Numbered from the stretch's first letter, positions 19,884 to 30,407 are shown. The stretch is DNA of 64,000 nt from Clostridiales bacterium (GCA_014799575.1 JAAVHS010000015.1:65820-129819), one strand, 5' to 3'. Notes: a model not told the origin generated them from the letters alone. Program-made: numbers and translations.

Positions 19884-21038
19884 ATGAGAATTGATTTGAA
19901 CGAGAACACGCAGAAAATACTCAAAGAAAAGTTCGAGCAAAGAGACGAATTGCTCTTTGAATACGCCACGAAAGACGGCGACTCGATACGCAAAAACGAC
20001 TATGCGCCGAGGCTTTTCAGAAGACAGTTCATACGCGACTGCGAAGTGGTAATCAATCTACCTCTTTTCAATAGATACGCGGGCAAGACGCAAGTCTTTT
20101 CTCTTAAAGACAACGACGATATTTCCACCCGCGCTTACCACGTGCAACTCGTCTCGCGTGTGGCGCGTACGATAGGCTCGGCTCTATCTCTCAACTGCGA
20201 CCTTATCGAAGCAATTGCGCTTGCGCACGATTTGGGTCACTGCCCTTTCGGACACTTGGGTGAAAAACTTCTCGACAACGTAGCACAGCAATACGGATAT
20301 AGATTTTTCCACCACGTTCAAGGCGCAAGATATCTCAACAATATCGTCAAGAGCGACATATCCTTGCAAGTGGTCGACGGCGTGCTCTGTCACAACGGCG
20401 AAAAGGTATTGCAACGCTACGCGCCCAATGAGAACTCCTGCAAGAGTTTTGACGACTTGCAAGACAAGTTGAATTTGGCGTATAAAGGAAAACTCAACGA
20501 CGACAATCTTATGGCAAGCACTTTGGAAGGTTGTTTGGTGCGTATTTGCGACGTAATCGCATATATCGGAAAGGATAGACAGGACGCGGAGAAACTCAAA
20601 CAAGTGGGTTTCGACGCTTACGACGACAATCCGCTCGGCAAATTAAATCACGAGATTATCGGCAACGTCAGCGCGGATATTATCAACAATTCAATAGGCA
20701 AAAGACAAATAGCGATGAGCGACTGCGTGTATCAAGAACTTTGCAAATTGCTCAGCGACAACTATAAGAAAATATACGCCATATCGAGTATAAACGGCTA
20801 CACAAAAGACGATTTGCAAAAGATAATCAACGACGTCTTCGAACTTGTCTACTCCGACCTCAAAATAGACAGAAAACTTATCGATAAATACTACCGTCCG
20901 CATATATACGCCAACGCGCAAAAGGTCGACGAATATTTCCTAGAAAATCGCGACTACCCCGAACGTGTGGCGATTGATATGATCGCAAGTATGTCGGATA
21001 ATTATCTGCTTAAATTCTACAAAGAACATTGTAAATAA
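19884..21038 (+). CDS. HD-domain dNTP triphosphohydrolase-like protein (dGTPase family)
   Basis: RAYHVQLVSRVARTIG...IALAHDLGHCPFGH HD motif; 384 aa. Confidence 0.8.
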   Translation: MRIDLNENTQKILKEKFEQRDELLFEYATKDGDSIRKNDYAPRLFRRQFIRDCEVVINLPLFNRYAGKTQVFSLKDNDDISTRAYHVQLVSRVARTIGSALSLNCDLIEAIALAHDLGHCPFGHLGEKLLDNVAQQYGYRFFHHVQGARYLNNIVKSDISLQVVDGVLCHNGEKVLQRYAPNENSCKSFDDLQDKLNLAYKGKLNDDNLMASTLEGCLVRICDVIAYIGKDRQDAEKLKQVGFDAYDDNPLGKLNHEIIGNVSADIINNSIGKRQIAMSDCVYQELCKLLSDNYKKIYAISSINGYTKDDLQKIINDVFELVYSDLKIDRKLIDKYYRPHIYANAQKVDEYFLENRDYPERVAIDMIASMSDNYLLKFYKEHCK

Positions 21039-21057
21039 ACTTTATAAGACGTAACAA

Positions 21058-21084
21058 AAATCCGCCGTGAAATACGGCGGATTT
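21058..21084. terminator. bidirectional intrinsic terminator
   Basis: AAATCCGCCGT-gaaat-ACGGCGGATTT hairpin between convergent genes. Confidence 0.7.
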
Positions 21085-21097
21085 CTTCTTTGTTTCG

Positions 21098-23722
21098 CTA
21101 TTCAGTTCGCAAGGCGACTACCGGATCTCGCTTCGCCGCAATTCTTGCAGGAATCAGTCCTGCGATTGACGTAAGCGCGATACTCAAAAGTATCATCAAT
21201 ACGCCGTGCAATGGATTGAGCGCACATATACCCGTAATCGACTCTTCAAAGTGCTGTATAATCAAGTTGATAGGAATACTCAAAATATACGTCACTATTA
21301 CGCCGATAAGTCCTGCGGTAAAGCCTATGATTACCGTCTCGGCGTTGAAGATATTCGACACGTCTTTTTTCCTTGCGCCGAGCGATCTCAAAATACCGAT
21401 TTCTTTGGTACGCTCTACTACCGAAACGTAAGTGATAATACCTATCATTATCGAGGATACAATAAGAGATACGGACGAGAAACATACTAGCGCAATCGTG
21501 ATTATTCTAATGATTTGATTCATCATTCCGATAAATATCGCCGCGCTGTCGGTATATTTGATTTGGCTGTTCTTATGCTCCGTGTTCCACGCTTTTAAGT
21601 CGCCTATAATAATCTCTTTATTATCGAAGTTGCTCGAATAGATACTGATAGCGGTCGGCACGTTGCTTCCGCCCAAAGACTGCAAAACGCTATTGTACGT
21701 CTTTACTGCGCTTCCGCCCATCATTATGCTCATCATATCGTCGGGATTTATTTCCGAGCTATCGTTGCTTGCGGAAAACGGCTCGCCCGTGAGTACGTTG
21801 TAGTCGGGATGCTCTTTTTGGAATTTGACTATTTCGCTGTCCTGCGCGTCTTTACGCATAAGGTCGGTAAGCGCTTGCGTATAAGCGATACCCGTTCCCA
21901 AAGGCGTATACTCGCTACCTTCCTTTGGTCTTAAAATACCCACGACGGACAACTTGTATACTCCGTCATCTGAGCCTAGGTTTTTAATTTGGTCGTAGTC
22001 GTATTCCTCGAAATATTCTACGCCGGCATTGTCCATTGTCTTGTAATATCTTGCATTGTTATTAGGAACGATAAAAGTTACGCCCTCTTTACCTTTTTCG
22101 GGATTGCCGATAATGGCTTCGAATTTCTGTCCGCTTGCGACCAATCCGTCCACGCCGATATACTCGTCGAGTTTGCTTTCAAAACCCATACCGCTGAAAT
22201 AGGTGGAAAGGATTGTGTTGGTACTGTCGACGACAAGCGCGACTTCCGTTGCGCCCTCGGGAAATTTTCCGCCGATTACGTCGTACGCGCTTTCTATATA
22301 CGTTCTATCGCCCACCATTTCCTGCCAGTTGACAGAGCCTTTGCTCATATCCGTCATCGTAGTCTTGCCCACGTCCTTTCCTTTCGAGTTGTAGACTGTA
22401 TAGTCAAGACCGTAATTGTAATATACGCTGTCGACGTAGCCGTTTTCTTGCCAACCGACTTTTTTACCGTCAATATACGCGATGTATTCTTCGCTGATAT
22501 TGTTTGGCTTTATCAATTCCGAAAGAACTGTCGCAAGGTTGTATGAATTGACGAACTTAGTGTCCGGATATTTTTTGTCCGACGAGCCCGACATCGCGGA
22601 CATATACGTCGTCATCATACTTTCCATACTCATCGTATTGCTCGTAATAGTAATCGGATAGCCCGAAAGCATTGTCTTTTGCATTCTGTCTACGTATGCC
22701 GAAAATCCGTTGGAAATCGCTAGCACGAGCGCGACGCCGATAATACCTATACTGCCTGCAAACGCCGTCATAAACGTCCTGCCTTTCTTAGTCATAAGGT
22801 TGGTAAACGACAACTTGATCGCGGATAGGAATGACATAGAAGTCTTGTTGAGTTTCTCCTTTCTCTCCTTCTTCGCCTTGCGCATTTGGAACTCAGTCTT
22901 TTGCGCGCGGACTTTTTTCTTCTTGCCCTTGCCGTCCTCGTCGCAAGTGATTTCTTCCGCGACTATATTTTCGCATACTTCTTCTACCTTATCTTGCTCT
23001 ATCGTACGGAAACTTGCTACCTCTTCCTCAACAGGTTGAGAATGATACGGATTGGTATCGTCGACGACTTCGCCGTCTTTTAAGCGCACGATACGGTTGG
23101 AATACTGCTCGGCAAGTTCAGGGTTGTGCGTGACCATTATTATCAACTTGTCGTGAGAAATCTCCTTGAGTATCTCCATAATCTGCACGCTTGTAGTACT
23201 GTCCAACGCGCCAGTCGGTTCGTCCGCCAAAATTATGCTCGGATTGTTGATAAGCGCTCTTGCGATAGACACTCTTTGCATTTGACCGCCCGAGAGTTGA
23301 TTTGGCTTTTTGTGCATATGCTCTTTAAGTCCGACCTCTTCAAGCGCCTTGATTGCCCTCTCTCTTCTCTCGGCTTTGCTTACGCCTGCGAGCAAGAGCG
23401 ACATCTCGACGTTGGTCAAAATATCTATATGAGTGATGAGGTTGTAACTTTGGAAGATAAAGCCTATACGTATATTTCTGTACGCGTCCCAATCTACGTC
23501 CGCGTAATGCTGAGTGGAAATGCCGTCAATGGAAAGGTCGCCCGACGTGTATCTGTCAAGACCGCCTATGATGTTGAGCATAGTCGTCTTTCCGCAACCC
23601 GACGGTCCGAGAATTGATACGAATTCGCTTTGTCTGAATTCGAGATTTATGCCTTTGAGCGCAGGTACTTTCTCCCCGCCGCTTAGCACGTAGTCTTTTT
23701 TAATATCGGTAAGTTTAAGCAT
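21098..23722 (-). CDS. ABC transporter, fused ATP-binding and FtsX/MacB-type permease
   Basis: Start moved to ATG 23722 (GGAGGGG SD; MLKLTDIKKDY). Walker A GPSGCGKTT, signature LSGGQMQR, Walker B ILADEPTGALD. C-terminal FtsX-type TM bundle. Confidence 0.88.
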   Translation of the reverse strand: MLKLTDIKKDYVLSGGEKVPALKGINLEFRQSEFVSILGPSGCGKTTMLNIIGGLDRYTSGDLSIDGISTQHYADVDWDAYRNIRIGFIFQSYNLITHIDILTNVEMSLLLAGVSKAERRERAIKALEEVGLKEHMHKKPNQLSGGQMQRVSIARALINNPSIILADEPTGALDSTTSVQIMEILKEISHDKLIIMVTHNPELAEQYSNRIVRLKDGEVVDDTNPYHSQPVEEEVASFRTIEQDKVEEVCENIVAEEITCDEDGKGKKKKVRAQKTEFQMRKAKKERKEKLNKTSMSFLSAIKLSFTNLMTKKGRTFMTAFAGSIGIIGVALVLAISNGFSAYVDRMQKTMLSGYPITITSNTMSMESMMTTYMSAMSGSSDKKYPDTKFVNSYNLATVLSELIKPNNISEEYIAYIDGKKVGWQENGYVDSVYYNYGLDYTVYNSKGKDVGKTTMTDMSKGSVNWQEMVGDRTYIESAYDVIGGKFPEGATEVALVVDSTNTILSTYFSGMGFESKLDEYIGVDGLVASGQKFEAIIGNPEKGKEGVTFIVPNNNARYYKTMDNAGVEYFEEYDYDQIKNLGSDDGVYKLSVVGILRPKEGSEYTPLGTGIAYTQALTDLMRKDAQDSEIVKFQKEHPDYNVLTGEPFSASNDSSEINPDDMMSIMMGGSAVKTYNSVLQSLGGSNVPTAISIYSSNFDNKEIIIGDLKAWNTEHKNSQIKYTDSAAIFIGMMNQIIRIITIALVCFSSVSLIVSSIMIGIITYVSVVERTKEIGILRSLGARKKDVSNIFNAETVIIGFTAGLIGVIVTYILSIPINLIIQHFEESITGICALNPLHGVLMILLSIALTSIAGLIPARIAAKRDPVVALRTE

Positions 23723-23950
23723 ATCCCCTCCAACTATCACGCCTTATATTATATACGATTTACAACACTAGCGTGTGATATACGTATAATTACGTCTTAA
23801 TAATTGAGTGAATATATTTTATTCTTTTTTTAAGTGAAAATCAAGAAAAAATCTCGCTCCCACATCAAGTTTTATCTAATCTTTACATAGCGAGCATACT
23901 TACTCAATTGTTGTCGATAATTTAAGTATTCTTTTATTTGAGGTGATTGT

Positions 23951-24091
23951 ATGAAAAAGAAAAAATTAAAAGACGAATTCAAATCCAAACGCAAAAAAAT
24001 GTCCAGTGACTTCGACGTCAACGGCGCGTACACCGGTACGCCGTCATTCGACAAAGACGAAGTCCCCGTCCAAGACGTGGACGACTTGTAA
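23951..24091 (+). CDS. small hypothetical protein (46 aa)
   Basis: Not in the ORF track. GAGGTGA SD 6 nt before the ATG. Translation: MKKKKLKDEFKSKRKKMSSDFDVNGAYTGTPSFDKDEVPVQDVDDL. Confidence 0.4.
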   Translation: MKKKKLKDEFKSKRKKMSSDFDVNGAYTGTPSFDKDEVPVQDVDDL

Positions 24092-24140
24092 TCGACTTCA
24101 AATGGGCAAAATTTAGAATATATATTCCATTTGAACGCGA

Positions 24141-24193
24141 ATTTTGGTAATTTTGTACAAAATGTAGGAGATTTTGGTAATTTTGTACAAAAT
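24141..24193. promoter_or_regulatory. tandem operator-like repeat containing a perfect palindrome
   Basis: The 23-nt word ATTTTGGTAATTTTGTACAAAAT occurs twice, 30 bp apart (24141-24163 and 24171-24193). Each copy contains the 12-nt palindrome TTTTGTACAAAA. Confidence 0.5.
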
Positions 24194-24305
24194 TATCTAA
24201 AAACACTTGAATTCATTAAATAAATGTGCTAATCTTGTTACTACAAAAGACGAAAATTGTATTTTCAATTCAAAAATCCCACATAAAAACACCACTTAGG
24301 AGATT

Positions 24306-24689
24306 ATGCACATGCCGACCTCTATTCGCCCTAATTATCATTTTATGGCAAAACTTGCAAAAAACAGAATGTTGCATTCGCAAAACAACCCGAATTCGTA
24401 CGACAACCGTACAAATTCCTCTATTGATTTGGATTTTTATTATAAAGTGGCGACTATTCTACTCTCCGACGAAAAGATATACAATCCTATTTCTAGGTTA
24501 ATCGGCAAAGACTTAGAACAAATCCCCAACTCAAGCGAAAAGACGCGCGCCGTACTTCAAATGGCGAACAAATACGACGAAGCGAGAACGGTTCTCAAAA
24601 AAGACCTTTTGCAAGCCGTGAAAGAAAACCGTAAATTTCAAATTCGAGATATATCCGTAGACCCGACGGAAGTACTTTGCAAATTTTAA
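24306..24689 (+). CDS. hypothetical protein
   Basis: 127-aa ORF. The AGGAGA SD fits the second ATG (24312) better. Followed by a strong terminator. No motif recognised. Confidence 0.55.
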   Translation: MHMPTSIRPNYHFMAKLAKNRMLHSQNNPNSYDNRTNSSIDLDFYYKVATILLSDEKIYNPISRLIGKDLEQIPNSSEKTRAVLQMANKYDEARTVLKKDLLQAVKENRKFQIRDISVDPTEVLCKF

Positions 24690-24694
24690 TTATG

Positions 24695-24721
24695 AAAAAA
24701 GCCTTCAACGAAGGCTTTTTT
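24695..24721. terminator. bidirectional intrinsic terminator
   Basis: AAAAAA-GCCTTC-aac-GAAGGC-TTTTTT, shared by the 24306 ORF and cysS. Confidence 0.75.
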
Positions 24722-24729
24722 GTTTTCTA

Positions 24730-26121
24730 TCAGTTTTTCGATGAGATTGTGTAGCCGTCTTTGGTGTCCATTACGGTATATCCCAAATCAGACAACTTCC
24801 CTCTCAATTCGTCCGCCAAAGCAAAGTCCTTGCGCTTTTTCGCCTCGTATCTTTCCTCGGCGATTTTGCGAATTTCCTCGGGGACTTGTTCTTGCTCTTC
24901 TTTGGAAGGTTGCGCCTTGTCGAAGTCAAGACCCAAAACCTTGTCGAATTGCAACGCAAGATCGTATATCGCCTTGCTCTTCGGCTCTTTAATCATAGTC
25001 CACACTACGCCCAAAGCGAGCGGTATATTCAAATCGTCGTTGACTGCTTCGTCGAACTGCTTTTTGTATTCAGCCAACTTCTCTTGCTCGATTGTATTCT
25101 TTCCCACTTTGTGTTGATACAGTGAATTGAGCAATCTTGCGTAAGAAGTCTTTGCGCCGTCCATACCCTCGAAAGTGAAGTTGAGTTTCTTTCTATAATG
25201 CGCGTTGAGACAGAAATATCTGTAATCAAGCGCGTTGTAGCCCTTTTCTTCAAGTTGGCTTATTCTATATACGTTGCCGAGCGACTTGGACATCTTGCCG
25301 TTGTTGACAAGCATAAATTCGCTGTGTACCCAGTAATTGACCGTCTTCTTGCCCTCGAGAGCTTCGTTTTGCGCAATCTCGTTCTCATGGTGAACGGGGA
25401 TAGCGTCTACGCCGCCCGTGTGAATATCAAAATGAGAACCAAGATATTTTCTGCTCATAGTCGAGCACTCGATATGCCAACCGGGATAACCCATACCCCA
25501 CGGACTTTGCCATTGCATTATATGTTGCGGTTCGGCCTTCTTCCATACCGCGAAATCGGCAGGATGACGCTTTTGAGAATTGACCTCTACTCTTGCGCCC
25601 GCTTGTTGGTCTTCAAGGCTCAATCGAGAGAGTTTGCCATACTCGGGAAATTTGGATATATCGTAATAGATTCCGTCGTCTATCTCGTAGGCGTAACCCT
25701 TGTCGATAAGCGTTTGCACGTCCTTTATCATCTCTTGTATATGGTCGGTCGCTCTGCAAACTACTTCGGGCTTTGAGATATTAAGTTTCTTGAAATCGTC
25801 GAAGAAATAGTTCATATAGAATTCGGCAATTTCCCACGGCGTTTTTTTCTGTTCTCTCGCCGCCTTAGCCATTTTGTCCTCGCCCTCGTCGCCGTCGGAA
25901 AGCAAGTGACCTACGTCGGTGATGTTCATTACGCCTTTGAGTTTGTAGCCGTCGTATTTCAACGTCCTACGGAATATATCCATAAAGATGTACGTTCTCA
26001 AATTGCCTATGTGCGCGTAAGAGTACACAGTCGGTCCGCAACTGTACATTGTGACTTTGCCCTCTTTAAGAGGTACGAATTCTTCTTTCTTTCTTGTCAA
26101 CGTATTATAAATTTTCAACAT
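24730..26121 (-). CDS. cysS: cysteine--tRNA ligase
   Basis: 463 aa; HIGNLRTYIFMD and KMSKSLGN class-I motifs. Confidence 0.95.
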   Translation of the reverse strand: MLKIYNTLTRKKEEFVPLKEGKVTMYSCGPTVYSYAHIGNLRTYIFMDIFRRTLKYDGYKLKGVMNITDVGHLLSDGDEGEDKMAKAAREQKKTPWEIAEFYMNYFFDDFKKLNISKPEVVCRATDHIQEMIKDVQTLIDKGYAYEIDDGIYYDISKFPEYGKLSRLSLEDQQAGARVEVNSQKRHPADFAVWKKAEPQHIMQWQSPWGMGYPGWHIECSTMSRKYLGSHFDIHTGGVDAIPVHHENEIAQNEALEGKKTVNYWVHSEFMLVNNGKMSKSLGNVYRISQLEEKGYNALDYRYFCLNAHYRKKLNFTFEGMDGAKTSYARLLNSLYQHKVGKNTIEQEKLAEYKKQFDEAVNDDLNIPLALGVVWTMIKEPKSKAIYDLALQFDKVLGLDFDKAQPSKEEQEQVPEEIRKIAEERYEAKKRKDFALADELRGKLSDLGYTVMDTKDGYTISSKN

Positions 26122-26134
26122 ATTCGCTCCGCTT

Positions 26135-26884
26135 CTATTGCTCTTTTTTATTCAAATTTTCTTTGTTGTTGTCTATGCTGTTTTCAAGTTCTACGATTTC
26201 ACGCTCGATTGCGTTGTCCTCTATTCCGTCAACGGAATTTTCCTGCGTGATAGAATACTTGCACGACTTTATTTTGAGCGTCTCTTCGAGTTTCTCGATT
26301 CTTCGATTGAGTCTTGCGAACTCTTCGAGTATCGGGTCGGGAAGTTTTTGGTCGATATCGTCTACTCTCATATCGTTGAGTTTGACCACTCTACCCGGGA
26401 CGCCGACTACCGTCGAATGAGGCGGCACGTCTTTGAGTACGACGCTTCCCGCGCCAATCTTCGAATCGTGACCGACTACGATAGGTCCAAGCACTTTCGC
26501 GCCCGCCGAAATCATCACGTTGTCCTCAATCGTCGGATGACGCTTGCCCGTGTCCTTACCCGTTCCGCCGAGCGTAACGCCTTGATAAATCAATACGTTT
26601 GCGCCGATTTCAACGGTTTCGCCGATTACTACGCCTACGCCGTGGTCTATGAATACTCCGCCTGCAATCTTCGCCGCGGGGTGAATGTCTATGCCGGTCT
26701 TTCTCCTCGTACCGCTTGCGATAAGCTTTGCAAAATACTTCATTTTGTGATTGTAAAACCAATGCGCAAAACGATGTCTATACAACGCCTTAAATCCGCC
26801 GTACGTAAAGAATATTTCGAATTTATTTCTTGCCGCGGGGTCTTTTTCGAGCGCCGCTTGCAAGTCCATTTTAATCTTTCCCAT
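26135..26884 (-). CDS. cysE: serine O-acetyltransferase with C-terminal extension
   Basis: Start moved to ATG 26884 (AGAGGT SD; MGKIKMDLQAALEKDPAARN). Hexapeptide-repeat block GIDIHPAAKIAGGVFIDHGVGVVIGETVEIG. Lies upstream of cysS as in the Firmicute cysES operon. Confidence 0.9.
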   Translation of the reverse strand: MGKIKMDLQAALEKDPAARNKFEIFFTYGGFKALYRHRFAHWFYNHKMKYFAKLIASGTRRKTGIDIHPAAKIAGGVFIDHGVGVVIGETVEIGANVLIYQGVTLGGTGKDTGKRHPTIEDNVMISAGAKVLGPIVVGHDSKIGAGSVVLKDVPPHSTVVGVPGRVVKLNDMRVDDIDQKLPDPILEEFARLNRRIEKLEETLKIKSCKYSITQENSVDGIEDNAIEREIVELENSIDNNKENLNKKEQ

Positions 26885-26901
26885 TTTTACCTCTATATAA
26901 T

Positions 26902-27128
26902 AAAAAAAGTAACCGTCTTTCAAAGACGATTACTCGCGGTTCCACTTTGATTGAACGGCAATCTACCGTCCCTCTCTTTAGGTCTTAACGCGACCCCTAC
27001 GCGCAGTATTTCCCCTGCGGGCAAACAATCCGCACTTCGCCGTTATTTCTCGAAGAGGCTTTCAGCCGACGACCTCTTTCTCTGCGCCGAACGTCACGGT
27101 TACTCTTGACTGTTTATCGCCGTATTAC
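26902..27128 (-). promoter_or_regulatory. T-box riboswitch leader of cysE-cysS (probable Cys specifier)
   Basis: On the minus strand: an AGAGA/GA-motif stem I region and a UGC triplet at 27032-27034. The T-box sequence AAUCAAAGUGGAACCGCGAG is at 26935-26952. It overlaps the terminator GTAATCGTCTTTGAAAGACGGTTAC+T7 just before the cysE SD. Confidence 0.8.
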
Positions 27129-27134
27129 GATAGT

Positions 27135-27163
27135 ATTATATGCAATATCGGCGATTTTGTCAA
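27135..27163 (-). promoter_or_regulatory. consensus sigma-A promoter for T-box/cysES
   Basis: On the minus strand: TTGACA, 17 nt, TATAAT. Confidence 0.7.
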
Positions 27164-27183
27164 CTAAAAAACTCTTACGCTTT

Positions 27184-28815
27184 TTACAATTTATCTTCTT
27201 CCTCTTCCTCGTTTATATTACGCGCAATATTTTCCGCCGCGTCTTCAAAACCTCTCTCAATCGGGTCGCCCGAAATTTCCGGAGGAAGCGTAGACGTGTC
27301 GCCCTGTCCGTCGACAGTCGCTTCTGCGCCCTCTTCAGCGCTTATACGCTCCGCGCGCATTATTTCAAGTTGCGCGTTGATTTCTTCTCTTCTCTTTTTG
27401 GTAAGTTTGTAACCAATCAAAGGCAAGAGCGAGAGACAGTAGAATATACCCGCAAACAACGTGTAGAAGAATACGAGTTTGATTTTCGTAGATTCGGTCT
27501 GAATATCCGAGCCTTGTTGATATCCGCATACTCTAAGCAAGATTACCGGAGTGAGGACGCCGGTGATTACGCCGAGTATAGTCGACACTATCGTTGACGA
27601 GAAATTGAGAGTCTGCTCCAACCTCTTTCCGCCTGTCTGCAACTCGATTTCGTTGAGCACGTCTCCCTTGAATATATTGGGAATAATATTCGACGCGCCG
27701 AATTGCAAACCTATCAAGAATAGACTTATTACAAACAATACCTGCCATACTACGCTACCCGTCTTGAAATAGATGAGAGCAATAAAGAATGCAAGCGCGT
27801 TGGCGACGAGAGAATATACGCTGAAAATTGCGTTGACCTTAATAACGTCGATCTTCTTCATCATCTTTTGCACTATCAACATACTGACTACCGTACCGAT
27901 ACCGGTTGGCAAGCCTATGAGCAAGAATTTATCCGTACCGCCAAGCAATGCTCCAGCGACGAATATACCGAAGCCCGTACCGACTTTTCTTATATCGCGA
28001 ATGGAATTGGAAAGCGTCAAGAACCAGAAATTCTTGTTTTTAACGACGTCACCCATGCCGTTGATTGGCGATTCCTTCTTCTTGACGTACGGCACACGCT
28101 CTTTGACTTTGAGCATAGAATTGATTGTCGTCACCGCGTAAAGCACCGAACATAGCGCCATAGCGATAATATACATGGTGTTTTTATTGAAATAGCCGCT
28201 GACCTTATTGCCGTCTTCGTCAGTCTTTATCAAGAAGAATCCGAGCACCAAGATTATTACGAGCGGCGCGGAATTCATTATAGACGAGAAAAAACTCGAC
28301 AGGGATAGGAGCGAGTTTCGCTCACTCTCGTTTGGCGTCATAACCAAAGCGGTAGTATTTGCCGTCTCTGTAAGAGTAAACAACGTATTGAATAAAATAT
28401 TGACTCCCACGACATAAATCATTGCGTACCAAGCGTTCGCATTTTTGAACGGCGTATAGAACATTAAAAATCCTACCAAAGCCATAGGTATCGTGCACGC
28501 CAAAACTATCGGACGGAACTTTCCTCGCTTGCTGTGGAAATTGTCAATAAAACTCATTATGAAAAAGCCCGTTACAAAACCCATGATAGTGGTGATAACG
28601 TTCATTATACTTTGATTTGCTTCACTGAGCAAAAGTATGTTGTTGATATAGTCAGAACGGTATGAGAAAATCATACCCGTGAACATCGAATAGAAGCCTA
28701 TGCCGATAACGTAAGAAAAAAGTTCGTATTTTGAAATGTGCTTCTTGTTCGCGTCAATACTTTCGACGGTAAGCGGCGTTTCCTCTTCGCCGATTGAAAG
28801 TTTCTTTTTTGCCAT
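27184..28815 (-). CDS. MFS/GPH-family transporter with acidic C-terminal tail
   Basis: Start set at ATG 28815. About 12 TM helices. The C-terminal cytoplasmic tail ends NINEEEEEDKL. Confidence 0.75.
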   Translation of the reverse strand: MAKKKLSIGEEETPLTVESIDANKKHISKYELFSYVIGIGFYSMFTGMIFSYRSDYINNILLLSEANQSIMNVITTIMGFVTGFFIMSFIDNFHSKRGKFRPIVLACTIPMALVGFLMFYTPFKNANAWYAMIYVVGVNILFNTLFTLTETANTTALVMTPNESERNSLLSLSSFFSSIMNSAPLVIILVLGFFLIKTDEDGNKVSGYFNKNTMYIIAMALCSVLYAVTTINSMLKVKERVPYVKKKESPINGMGDVVKNKNFWFLTLSNSIRDIRKVGTGFGIFVAGALLGGTDKFLLIGLPTGIGTVVSMLIVQKMMKKIDVIKVNAIFSVYSLVANALAFFIALIYFKTGSVVWQVLFVISLFLIGLQFGASNIIPNIFKGDVLNEIELQTGGKRLEQTLNFSSTIVSTILGVITGVLTPVILLRVCGYQQGSDIQTESTKIKLVFFYTLFAGIFYCLSLLPLIGYKLTKKRREEINAQLEIMRAERISAEEGAEATVDGQGDTSTLPPEISGDPIERGFEDAAENIARNINEEEEEDKL

Positions 28816-29077
28816 TTTCCCCCCTACCAACTTTTCAATTTCAAATTACGTCCAATCAAAAAGTCGTTGCAAAAACTAAATCCTTATTAAGTATATCATA
28901 GCTTTTATAGCAAAATCAAGATTGAATTACGCCACCCGACAAATTGATACGTTTTCAATCAAATCGTATATTTTTCGACATTATCCAATGAAGTGTTGGA
29001 TTTAAGTTGAATTACGCAGAATTATCGAGTATATAAAAAACTTTTTGGGGCAATACTTCTTCACGGAGGTAACGAAA

Positions 29078-29662
29078 ATGAAATTAAAAGACAGTCAAAC
29101 TTACAAAAACCTAGCAAGAGCGTTCGCCGGCGAATGTCAGGCGCGCACAAGATACGAATTTATCGAATACGGCGCAAGAGAACAAGGCTACAAGGCTTTG
29201 GCGGATATCATCGACAAAATCGCTTATCAAGAATTTACACACTCGAGAATGATATATAGTTTTATCCAGTCCGCTGACGAGAAGACTATTGACAATATCG
29301 AAATCTGCGCGGGCTATCCGTTCAGAGAAAAGTGGGATTTGGAAAGCAATCTTAAATTCGCCGCGGAAGACGAAGGCGTCGAAGCCGACGAACTCTACCC
29401 CGAATTCGCAAAAGTAGCGGAACAAGAAGGCTTCAAAGACATAGCCGCTCTATTCAGAAATCTCATCAAAATCGAGATTGCGCATAAAAACGAATTTACC
29501 CGTCTTTACAAACTCTTCAAGGAAGGCAAACTCTATAAGACCGACGCGCCGGTAATTTGGAAATGCCCCGACTGCGGTTACGAAGCCACGTCCAAAGAAG
29601 CGTTCCAGACCTGCCCCGTTTGTCAGGCTAAGCAAGGCGTCGTAAGAATCAAAGAAGCGTAA
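29078..29662 (+). CDS. rbr: rubrerythrin
   Basis: Start at ATG 29078 (GGAGGT SD). Ferritin-like diiron ExxH motifs (QARTRYEF, EFTHSRM, EIAHKNEF). C-terminal rubredoxin CPDCG...CPVCQ. Confidence 0.9.
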   Translation: MKLKDSQTYKNLARAFAGECQARTRYEFIEYGAREQGYKALADIIDKIAYQEFTHSRMIYSFIQSADEKTIDNIEICAGYPFREKWDLESNLKFAAEDEGVEADELYPEFAKVAEQEGFKDIAALFRNLIKIEIAHKNEFTRLYKLFKEGKLYKTDAPVIWKCPDCGYEATSKEAFQTCPVCQAKQGVVRIKEA

Positions 29663-29770
29663 AAAGCGTATTGACAATATACCTTTACAACGATATAATA
29701 AAAATGCAAAGACAATCTCGCAAATCCCTGCGGGATTGTTTTCGTAAACAACATTTATCGAGGTGGAAAT

Positions 29771-30385
29771 ATGACGGAAAGAGAAAAGATGCTCGCAGGA
29801 AAACTTTACAACCCTACGGATAGCGAACTTGTCGCGCTAAGACGAAAAGTAAGACAAGCGTGCGTGGAATACAACCGCTCAAACGAAGACGAAGAGCAAA
29901 AACGCTACGACTTACTCCACTCGATTCTCAAAAGCCACAAAAAGGACTTCTATTTCGAGCCTGATATTCGCTTTGACTATGGTTGCAACACTTCAATCGG
30001 CGAAAACTTTTACGCCAACTACAACAGCGTAATTCTCGACGTCGCGCCAGTCACAATCGGCGACAATGTAATGTTCGGCGCAAACGTCACTATTGCAACT
30101 CCCGTTCATCCATTGCTTGCCGACGAGAGAGCCATTCAGCAATACCCCGACGGCGTTTACGACCTTGAATACGCAAAGCCAATCACTATCGAAGACGGAG
30201 TTTGGCTCGCAAGCGGAGTCATAGTCAACGGCGGAGTTACGATAGGCAAAAATTCAGTTATCGCAAGCGGTAGCGTAGTCACGAGAGATATTCCCGAAGG
30301 CGTAATCGCCGCAGGCGTTCCCTGCCGGGTAATCAGAAAACTTACCCCGCAAGATTCGGTAAAATTAAAAAAGGAATTGTTCTAA
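29771..30385 (+). CDS. sugar (maltose/galactoside-type) O-acetyltransferase
   Basis: MTEREKMLAGKLYNPTDSELVALRR N-terminal Mac domain plus left-handed beta-helix hexapeptide repeats. Confidence 0.85.
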   Translation: MTEREKMLAGKLYNPTDSELVALRRKVRQACVEYNRSNEDEEQKRYDLLHSILKSHKKDFYFEPDIRFDYGCNTSIGENFYANYNSVILDVAPVTIGDNVMFGANVTIATPVHPLLADERAIQQYPDGVYDLEYAKPITIEDGVWLASGVIVNGGVTIGKNSVIASGSVVTRDIPEGVIAAGVPCRVIRKLTPQDSVKLKKELF

Positions 30386-30407
30386 AAACGATTTTTCCTG
30401 AATCTTC

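Noticed and set aside
23872-24206. Track ORFs 23872..24054 (-) and 24018..24206 (-)
   Set aside because: They have no SD and overlap a better-supported + strand small ORF (SD GAGGTGA) and the operator-like repeats. Their products are low-complexity.
26138-26950. 270-aa + strand ORF opposite cysE
   Set aside because: It is completely overlapped by a confidently identified serine acetyltransferase on the other strand, and it runs into the T-box leader.
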